The translations under genes and the position numbers were made by a program. Shown in pieces: positions 50,401 to 60,483 of a DNA stretch of 60,483 nt. Location: positions 2,170,001 through 2,230,483 of the forward strand of contig JAYWIR010000037.1 in the NCBI GenBank assembly GCA_036172245.1, written 5' to 3'. Position 1 is the stretch's first letter, and each line of letters starts with the position of its first letter. The stretch is from Raillietiella orientalis. Taxonomy: Eukaryota. The notes under the pieces are model-generated. The model was given only the letters and a program-made list of their open reading frames with translations, did not search any database and had not been told where the DNA came from.

Positions 50401-53400
50401 GAAGTGTTTCTGCCAGTACGCTGAGATGAGGATGTTAGGGTTACGCCAACGTATGGACGACATCTGTGGGGAGGCCATGCTGCGAATCAAGCTTCTAGCT
50501 AATGTCCGCATTGCGGGAATCCTTGCTATCATAAAAACACTCTCAGGTTGTGCAGGTGCGGCATTGGTTGCACCTTTGGAACGGCTGCAAAGAGCTCCCG
50601 TACGCGTTGGCGCCCGGCGTAAGACCTGTTGCTTCAACTTCGTCGAAATCGGACACTTGTTCGAGGATTGCTTTGTGCCCTCACGGTGTTATCACTGCAA
50701 AATGTCGGGCCATAGGAATGAGTGTGAAAAACACTTCAACTTTATCGTAGCCCAAGGACTGCCTCCGCCTGTCGAAGTGGAGGAAAGGAATAGTAAGGCG
50801 TCTAGCAGGCGTTGCTGCCCCTAACCCTTCACATTCGGCGACTGTGGAGGGTGGCAGGACTGTGGAGGCGAATCTCTTAAATAGGCAGTAGAAGAAGAAG
50901 CCACAGAAGTAAAGGAAGCAATGGAGTGTGAGGGAATTACCTCTTTTCCCAGACGCGGTGATGTAAAGCTTTCCGACTGCGGTTGAAAAGCAGAAACCAC
51001 GGAGTTCGCGCATGAAATGGTCACATCCGCACAGTCGCTCAGTCCGCGCACCACGGAGAAACGGTGGAAGCAGCTTCTATCGTTGTTCTGCTTTCCAACG
51101 AGGCATTTGTCTGCAGTACAGCAGAAGAAAGGGAGCGCTTTAAGGCCCACAACCCGCTCAGATAGGCGCGACCGGGAATCATCGGGTTGGTGACAGGCAA
51201 ATTGGTCTGACGTTTCACTCGTTTATTTTCTAGATAAACATGTATGTGTATGGCAATAGGCCCTACAAAAACGCCAAACAAATGTGGAACTTGCCGAGTG
51301 ACAGGCACGCAGGCCGGCGAGGATCGACTCGGCAGAGGAGGGAGAGGGGACAAGCAACAACAAAATAAGAAACACTATTTTCTAAAGCAGGGGTGGCCGC
51401 GGAAGGGATTACTTTCCTCTGGATATCACCTATCTCTGGATATCCTATCCAGGATAGTCGCGATTTCCATCTGAATACGTCCCAGATGGGTTCATCCGAC
51501 TGCCGTCCTAAGGAAGCCAAGGGTGTAACAGACGGCGTACCTATCGTGCTGGTCACCGGTGGCGTAGCTCCAAACAGTCACAATCTTACGCAGGCAGCCA
51601 AGGGCTTTTAGGGTTGAGGAAACGAAAGTACGTTGCGCACATAGAGGTGCTTGATCACGTTTCCGCGAGCGTTCGAAGGTGAACATTGGGCCGTTGAAAA
51701 ACGCAACAACAGGGGCTGGAGGGCAACGCAGTAAAGAAGCAGGTGCGGGAGGGAATCCCTCTGCCCGTACCTGACACTGTTCCCGGGTCCACTGTTCCCA
51801 CTTCTAGTGACATCGGCGGGCGTTGCTGAGGAATCCCCAGTGCAACACTAGGAACGCCGACTGCTGCCATTTCAGTGGAAGGACCTGAGTATTCCTCAGC
51901 ACTGGGGCCCACTCGATATCTTCCCGAAGGTTACTAAGGAACTAACTTCAGCGCAACAGATCCTTCAGTGGGGTACTTCGGGTCGCGGCATTAGCTAGCT
52001 GGCTCGTTGTCCAACTACTTTGCTCTCTCTCTGTTACTGAGAACCTGCATCGGGAATCCCGTTCCTTCGGATGGCTACAGACCAAGTGCTCCCTCAGGTA
52101 GTCCCACCTGTGCTGGGAGGAGGCTGGGAGGAGGCAACTGTTTAGGAGGCTGGCAAGATCCGTGAGCATAGTGTCTGACGAGGCCATCACGTGGAATTCC
52201 TCAGGAAGACTCGCGCTCAGGGGATGCTCCCAGGACGAACATTCCGACCTCTTCTTCCGAAGTTTTAGGTTGCCATGATCCTGAGAAGATACAACAGAAT
52301 TGAGAGGGACGCGGCTGGTGTCAGTGTGGCACGCGAGCAGTTTGCAAGTGTCCCTGCGGTCGCCTGCCGAAGTTTTCAAGATCGTCGCGGAGCGATTCCC
52401 AAGGAGTTGGAGGTCAGCACAGCCCAACAGCAAGTGCGGAAAGGTCTCCTTCATCGCACACCTGCCACACTTAGCGTCCAGACTGTGTCCAGTGTGCCTG
52501 GCGCGCTTTTGCACGGGATTCCTCCTAGTAGCACCAGCAGCGACGACTCTTGCCGCTTGAGTGAAGGGGGCCCTCCTTCCAGAAAGGTAGCTTCCACTTC
52601 ACCTCCTCCGAATGGACGGCAAAAAGCTGTCCTCATGCTACAAGTTAATCGAGCTCACCCCATTCGGGGTCACAACGTCCTCCACTTCCCGAGTTGTCCA
52701 CCTGCCCAAAAGTTTCTTCTTTGCTGCCATGCAGCACGTCAGCTCTCAACTCTCTTTGATGACGCTGTATTTGCCGTCTCTTAGGAAGAGCAGCGCTGGA
52801 CTAAGAAAGAGAAACGGGAACCGCCGCATCTTTAGCAGGTTGAGGACGATCTCTTCAACGACTCACGAATGTTCATGCATCGCTCGCTCCGTGGAATCTC
52901 CCCCAGGAAAAATACGACTCCTATTATTGGGCTTTTCGTTCATCAGACGCTCGCAAAACGGCATTTCACGGTCACATTCCCAGAGGTCGTATCTCACGTT
53001 CACTGGGATTCTTCTTCCGAACACGTACCAGAGAGGGAATTGTATGCAGAGTTAGTCGAGCCACGAAGACGCTATGGACGAAGAGCTCGAGTGCAGTGCC
53101 TTTCATGCAGGTCGGCTACGAAAGCGATTGAATTCGTAATGGACACGCGCATACGCGGTTCTCCGATCGCAGCAACCGCTTCCAGGCAACGAATCTCACG
53201 GACGCCCCATACAGAAATTCGACATGACAGAGAAGAGTTGCCGAATGCCAAAGGGGTGAACGAAAAGTGCGCTGCTGCCGCCAGTCAACGGAACCCATTT
53301 CAAAAATTACAAGACCGTGGACTGAAGGCCACCAGGCTGTCCAACGGTGCATGGAGGGAAATCGGACTCCGTCCGCTGTCGGCAGCAAAGACAAAAGCAT

Positions 53401-54227
53401 GTTTTTGCTATGGTGAGACGGACAGGTCGAGTGCCTTCCGAGTTCTCCTGGGAACTCCATATTCTTCAGGGGCAAACCTCAAGGAGTGGATCCAATGCCG
53501 GAATTGACTGCTCCTCAGCCGATTAGCAACCAACTCTGCTCAGAGAACGTGCATGGCTAACGAATTGAAACTACCAAATCCGTGCTACTTTCTAAAATAT
53601 CCCAAGCGAAAACGAAGATGGTTTGCTAAGCTACCGTTTAGAAGGGATCCTGCGTTGGACCACAGCTGTACGCGCTTATCGTTTCTTGACCACACCTTCG
53701 TGAGATCCACCCATGTTCTCTTTCTTAGAACAGTATTTACCTCATGCAATTAGTAAAGTAGTAAGAGAACAACGAACTGAACCTTCTCTATTGCTGTTGT
53801 TCATCTTGCCATCTTGGGTTTCATGCAAGGAGAGAATCATTCACCAGAACGGATTTCCTCCGCCTCTGGAAGCCAAAGAATTTTCCAGAGCTTGCCAGCG
53901 AGGAGTTTGCCCGCAGGACACGCTTTCAGCACCTCGGATTTTGGATTCCACAAGTTTAAGTTTAAGGTGTGTCGGTGGATTCGCCTTCTTTTACACTCAT
54001 TGTTGGAAAAAAACAAAAGAAAAGGAATGTGCTCTGCACGCATGTCATCGCGTTCACACTTTTTCTTCCATCCAACGTCGGCCTGCAAACCAAAAGCCCC
54101 GAAAATCTCCGAGGTGGGCGAAATCTGCCGCGAAATGCCACCGCAAGTCGGCATTCTCCAATTTTTCACAAACCGACCGTCCAACGTGCAGAGTCCGAGG
54201 TGCTGCTGCCGGTGAACACCCCAAAGA

Positions 54228-54852
54228 ATGCTTCCCGGCGAATCCAAAGGAGGGAGGGGCAAGGGCGACCACTTGCGCGGAAAGGTCGACCGCAACCGTC
54301 CCAAAGTCGCCAAGGACGACTCCCAAACTCAGTCCGAAATTTTCGAGGCCGCTTACAACGACATCATCTCGCAGTTCTGGGACTGGATTAACTGGAAACA
54401 TGATTTCGATGACAGTAAAATCTCCAAGCAATTCTTATATGATTTTTTTAGGCTGGAGAAGAACTTCAACGTGCCAGAATTCGAAGCCGTTGAAGTGAAA
54501 AGCATGCCGTACGAGCTGTGGATGGATAAAGTTACTGTGTATCCGTCCGTACCCTTGAAAACACTGAAGAAAAAAAGGAGAAGCCAGGTCATGGTGCGGA
54601 AATATGGAGACTCCTGGGCTGTGAACACCGAAAACTGGAACAGTTTATGCAAAAACACCTTTGAGGCTGACAGCGAGGAGAAACACAAAGGAGATAACGG
54701 AATATTTGAGAAAAACGATGGAAATCAAGAAGGACTTGGAGGATTCAATAGGTCCCAGGCTACTATACCAATATGCGCTGAAAAAGAAGATCCAATTTCC
54801 TTTGTTTTTAAAAGACATGCTCCCTGTGCTAGAAAAGAGTAGGACCCCTTAG
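54228..54852 (+). pseudogene. Frameshifted duplicate of the 33245-33871 ORF
   Basis: Near-identical, but gataaaacgg has become gataacgg (~54695), which shifts the frame; the original C-terminus continues in ORF 54661-54852. Confidence 0.6.
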
Positions 54853-57800
54853 AAATCCAATTGCTTTTCATGTTCTTCATCTGTGAGGAAACACACGCAA
54901 ATGCTGTTTCAACGTTGGCAATTGCTTCCAACACCAAACGCTCTTTGAGCCTACAGTATGCAGACACACACAACGATGCAACTTGATCAGCGAATGACTT
55001 GACAGCAATGTAATCTGGTGGCAGACCTTGGTGACTTACCGAACATTCGACAACTGACTTGCCCCTTTGTCTTACACCGCATGTTTGTTTTTTGCATAGT
55101 GCCAACATGCACGCGCAAGAGAACGCCCCAACAAAACAACTCAACTCTTGAGACAGGCAACACAATTTGCACATCTGAGACAAATTGTATGCACCATCAT
55201 GTATTCATTCCAATGGAGCACATGCACAATACGAGAGGCAAAACTATTCAAACGTTACTTCAGGGGCAGTGCGAGCTCCTTCTGGGAGACCAACTTGGTC
55301 ACTGAATTTTGCTGCACATACTTCTATGCACACGCTTCCAAAGTCTTTGGAAATTTTCTCCTATTGCAACTCTTTTAGCAGCCTAAGTCGGAGTCGTCGA
55401 AGGCCTTTTTTTAAGTGCATATCTCTTTACTGCGTGGCAGTTCAAGCATGTAATTACTAAATGTTTCTCTCTCCTTGAACGCAATCTATACTGTGCTGAA
55501 AATCCAGGATGCAGAAATGAATGGCACTTCTTGCACATTTTACTTTTTATGGATGCCAGGCTACAAAACAATTAACAGTTGCCATTTTAGCAACAAAGTA
55601 CTTACATTTGGGTTTGCGATTTCTGACTAACAGATATCAAGCTATCACAGTATATGAAAGCTAGTCCAGAACTTCTTCGATGAGGGTGCGAAACAAGTTG
55701 TGCTAACTTCAAACAGAATGAACACTTTTGAATACACTTTCATGGGCAGAAACATAAAACAGTTTCTTAGCTACAGTGTTACAATTGTAATACACATACT
55801 CATAATAAAAACAGGCAGCTGATCAAGTGCCTGAAAAAGCAACTGATGACTATGAAATGGCTCTTGCACTTATGGATTCAAGTATTTTCAAGGCATGCAA
55901 TTTGAAAAACGCGGCAAGTAGGCAAAATGTTGCAACACAACTCCCACCTTTAGGGGATGCTAATAAAATGAATTGCAAAGTTTACTCCAGGAAAAAAATT
56001 GCAATACAGAAATCCGAGGTTAACAAAACGTCAGGCTGCTCTTATTACAATTAATCATTAATCTGATGAGGTACAAGAGGATCCAATAAAAATCCTCAAG
56101 GCAAACTTGCAATGTTGAAATAATCTTACACACTTGATAAAAGGCAACAAATGCTTTTATTAATGCTTCCAACTTTTTTGGTGGCCAATAGAAGTTGTGA
56201 GTGATTCTATTCGAAAAGAGGGAACGAAGTTCAGTGCAACTTTGAACTACAACAAATGCATTTACATGTGGGGTCACACTTAAGTGGGAAATGCTGAATT
56301 CACGAAAAGATACAACCCAGTTGACATGACCTGATTCATAATATTCACGCTTCATGTGATTCAACTTTAGTTTAAGGCCCCACTGGCATACATAAATATT
56401 TAGAGAGTCATTTACGTGATAAAATAAACCAAAACTGAAGCACATTCTTAACGAATACAAATTTCTTAACTACAGCAATAGGAACCTCAAACATAAAGCA
56501 CCATTGAATAATTTTCAAAAACAACTGAACAAACTCATGGTAACCGACGTTTCAAGAACACTTTTGTATACCTGGAATCAATGATGAATACGCCTCTGCA
56601 TGTATCTGTTCTGATTCTTTTTGGATTCTTTGCCCATCACACAACACGCTCTGAAAACAGGGAAAGGGTGGCCGAGCACCGGTTGGTGCGGCACGCTGCG
56701 CACATTGCGACTGTTTGACAGACTTTCCGCATGCAACTCGGCGGCGCAGCCCTCAGCACAGAAACGAACAAGGGTTACCAAATGCGGGCAATGCTCTTCG
56801 AGAAAACCAAAGAACATCATCCGAGTTTCTGAAAACACTTTTTCTTACATAGTTATATTCCAATATCGCAGCACGTCACGTAAATATATATCGACACTTC
56901 CCGATTGTTCCCGATTTTCGATTGCACGAAAGAGAAATTCTACATTTGTAACAAAAAGATCATTGTGACTCTTTCGTAAAGATCCCATCGTGTTCTCGGA
57001 ACTGCTTCACTCAATTCGGGAGCTGAGCATACATGATAATCTGCTTGAAGGCCATGTCATTCGCAGTCGGGTTTTCTCTTTTTATTGAGAGATGCCAAAA
57101 TTCGGCACTTTTTCAGCACTTCACGCCATGTTTTAAACTGTTGATTTGCTCTTAGTAAGCTGCGAGTATTTCCGAATTGTCAAACGCTAGAACTTCCAAG
57201 TTCCTTGAATCTCATACGAGGACATGCAAGTAGGTAATTTATCGCAACCTTTGGATGGATGCTTATATCGTAAATAAAATTCATGGTTTTCGGGATAATT
57301 TACAGATATTTCAATGCGTTTTGTGCACAGGATTCAGTTGGAATGTTGACATGATCATACAGTATAACATTTCAAAAGGTTGCACACCCGAAATGAATTG
57401 TTATGCACTAACAGACAGCGCTTCATTTTCCTTGGGCTCGCCTGATATCCTTGGACATGTTCCATCGATTCTTCCCCGACAGGCTAAGGTGCTCCCGCCT
57501 TCTCATCTACCTCTCCTTCTCTATGATCTTCACGCAAAGTCACCAGTCGGTAGTGAATAGAGATCTCCGCCTCCAGCTGCTTGGAGTAGTAACGCAGCGA
57601 GTGATTGAATTCTCATTCCTTCCGTCTTTCGTGAATCCCACAGCTTTGTAGCCTAGTCTCTCTTTGCTTAGCGGCTGTTGAACGTAGCGGAATTCCATGT
57701 AGAACTTTCGTGTCTCAGGGACGCTTGCAGATGCCCATCCGCGCATCTGCGAGCGATTTGCAACGCTTTACCCGTGACATTCTCAAGGGAACGCCAAGGC

Positions 57801-60483
57801 AATTCGCACCCAATGTGGAGTCGGAGCGAACTGCTTGTTCATCCTCTCCGTTCTTTTTTTGTTCCATTGCTCATCGATTCCTCAAATCAGTCCTGTATCT
57901 CACTCCAAATGCTTCCCGTATTGCTCTCCGATCTCGAACTCCATGAGCTTTCCGACTGGTGTTGTTCGCAAAGGACTGCAGCAAGGATGGGTAGACAAAG
58001 GTGAGACTAGAGGAATTTCCGCTTCTGTCATCTCCTAGGGAAGCGTCCTCTAGGCCATGCATCCTTTCGACACTGACTTTTGGTTCGCGAAAGCAGGTGC
58101 TCTAACTACCTGCGCTTCTTGAATTCAGGCAACCGAATTCAATATGGCAGAATGGAACGAGTTGTGTAGCAAATTCCTACACTCCCTCACGGTTGGCAAT
58201 TCGCTGCAGAAGATCGTGGAATGCTTGTTTGATCCTGTTACTCCGACCCGCTACACATCACCGGGAAGCATTCGCATTCCCTACCATGACAAAACTCTTG
58301 CCTGAGCAGCCCTTGCCTGTTGCTTCCTGCATTCGAGAAGAGCAGTCGGTCCCTACGATCATTTGGTCACTTCACAGCGCATCCCAGTGCGTAAGTGGCA
58401 AACTAAGCTTTCTGGTAGGAGGTGAAGGCTCCACGGAGATCTCAAGCTCCGACGTTGAGCTCCCAGCTACATTCCGATGGGAGTCGCGTTCTCGGCATCC
58501 GTGTCAATATGCATTTCCGGCTCGTAGAAAGACAACCTCATAGTCCAAGAAGGCGTTTCTACAATGGGAACCTTTCTGTGTAGCTCCTGCTCTCCCAAGT
58601 CATTGTCTCAGGAACACCGCGGTGTTTCGGGTGCCCCTCGAGTGCGCCGGTTTCCGTGACTGGCGAGGACGGGAAGAAGACCTCAAACGAGCTTCCCCTG
58701 TTCCGGGATGCCAGATGTTCCATGTGTTCTGGATAGAAGCGTTCGAGGTCAGTGGACGGAACGGATGGACGTGAAAAAAGCCCTAAGCGCACCTGTGAGA
58801 ACTCCAAAGATGGTCGTGCGGGGAATCCCGAAGGCAAATACCACAGCTTTTTTCACACATGCTGCCGGCGCCTCCGTGGAAATTCCCTGGTTCTCTCCAC
58901 TGAATGCGCCGATTGCATACGTACTCGTCAGCGCTTCTTCACGTAAGGCAGGCGAACTAGCCCTCCTTACACTGGAGGGTATGCAGTGTCAGCAGAAACT
59001 CACAAGACTCGTCCTCTTTGCGAAACTCTTGACAACGCCTTGGTGCTATGCAAGACGGCTGCTCGAGAAGATGTCAACCGGCTGCGAAGAACGCACATCC
59101 CTTTTAGTCGCTCGCGGGAGACCGCTGACACGTTCCAGGTACCCGCGAACTGCGCCAGATGGTTTCCCTGGTAGAGGAGATCACCAAGATCTGCCTCCTT
59201 GCAAACTACACTGCTTGTCTCCAGGAGTCGCTTTTTTCCTGGGGGAAATTCCACGAAGCGAGCGATGCGCGAACAATCCTCAGTCGTTGAAGAAGATCGT
59301 CCTCAATCTGCAGAAGATGCAGTGGTTCTCGTTTCTCTCCCTTTGTCCACTGCTGTTTTTCCTGAGAGACAACAAAGTCTGCGTCATCCAAGAGAGGTGA
59401 GAACTGACGTGCTGGATGGCAGCAAACGAGAAACTTCCGGGCAGTTGGACAACTCGCAAAGTGGCGGACGTTGTGACCGTGAATGGGGTGGGCTGCATGC
59501 ACTTGTAGCATGAGGAGAGCTCCTTGGCGTCCGTTCGGAGGAGGTGAAGGGCACCCTACCTTGCTGGAAGAGCGGCGCCCTTCCCTCAAGCGGCAAGAGC
59601 CGTCGCTGCTGGTGTTGCTTGGAGGAATCCCGTGCAAAAGCGCGCCAAGCACACTGGACACAGTGTGGCCGCTAAGTGTGGCAGGTGTGCGAGGAAGGAG
59701 ACCTTCCCGCACTTGCTGTTGGGCTGTGCTACCCTCCAGCTGCTTGAGCATCGCCTCGCGACGATCCTGAAAACTTCGGCGGGCGATTCCAGGGACATTT
59801 CCAAACTCCTCGCGTGCCCCTCTGACACCAGCCGCGCCCCTCTCAGCTCTGTTCTATCTTCTCAGGATCATGGCAACCTGAAACTTTGGAAGAAGCATTC
59901 GGAACGTTCGTCCTGAGAGCATCCCCTGAGCGCGAGTCTTCCTGAGGACCGCCTCGTGATGGCCTCACCAGGAAACTATCCTGACGGAAATTGCCAGCCT
60001 ACTGGACAGGATGCCGAAAACGCCCTGCAGCGTACCTTTATCCCTTCCTCGATTTCCCTCCGCTTGTAGAAATCCTCCTCCCCCGTTTTGTCTTTGTTTT
60101 CTTTCACCCTACGCTGTTGTAGCGGAACTCGCCGGACTGCGATACCGGTCGTCAACAGGTTCATCGCGCGTGGTGGGAGCCGATGGTTCTACCACAGCAT
60201 GTATTCTTATCCTCCAAGTAACAAATCCCACGGCATAACCAAGTGATAATCATCACCTGTCCCCCCAAGGTTCATGTCCTTTTCTTTCGAAATCTTTTGC
60301 GGCTAGACCAGTGTGGGTACTATCTTCCATATCTGCTTTCACTTCCCACTCCCACTTGGGCGCTCCCCATTCAGTGCTTGCCTGTGCCGGTGCCAGCTAC
60401 TTTTCTTCAAGCGTCTCCCGTTCTCGTAATTGTTTTAAAGATGCCCTCTTGCAAAAATGCCTCCAAGTTGCTGATGGTTCACG

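Larger units (their letters stand above)
41452..60483 (+). repeat. ~21-kb tandem segmental duplication, copy 2 (truncated by window end)
   Basis: Begins tcaggag-cgt-gagattcggtcaag versus tcaggagattcggtcaag at 20504; the last bases match ~39488. Confidence 0.95.

Noticed and set aside
1..60483. tRNA, rRNA, snRNA, CRISPR array or prokaryotic operon
   Set aside because: No cloverleaf, rRNA-conserved blocks, regularly spaced repeats or Shine-Dalgarno-led gene strings were seen; manual inspection could miss short RNAs.

Overview
Eukaryotic, gene-poor, retroelement-dominated genomic DNA; organism cannot be determined from sequence alone. The clearest feature is a full-length (5.5 kb) L1/Tx1-type non-LTR retrotransposon on the minus strand (9752-15246). 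It has a zinc-knuckle ORF1, an APE-RT-CCHC ORF2 broken by stops and frameshifts, and a perfect 16-bp target-site duplication. Much of the rest reads as heavily decayed, mutually divergent LINE fragments in both orientations, recognised by eye from RT, thumb, zf-RVT and ORF1 motifs. These fossils were later rearranged: a ~21-kb head-to-tail duplication (20504-41451 repeated from 41452 to the window end), several 0.2-1.6 kb inverted duplications, and a junction carrying a 53-bp templated filler. Only two candidate non-LINE coding units stand out: a small two-exon gene (4396-4748) and an orphan ORF (33245-33871, frameshifted copy at 54228) preceded in frame by a PIP-box-like peptide. Most ORFs in the six-frame track are probably spurious. 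I saw no rRNA, tRNA or CRISPR array. All alignments and identities were judged by eye and boundaries of decayed remnants are approximate.
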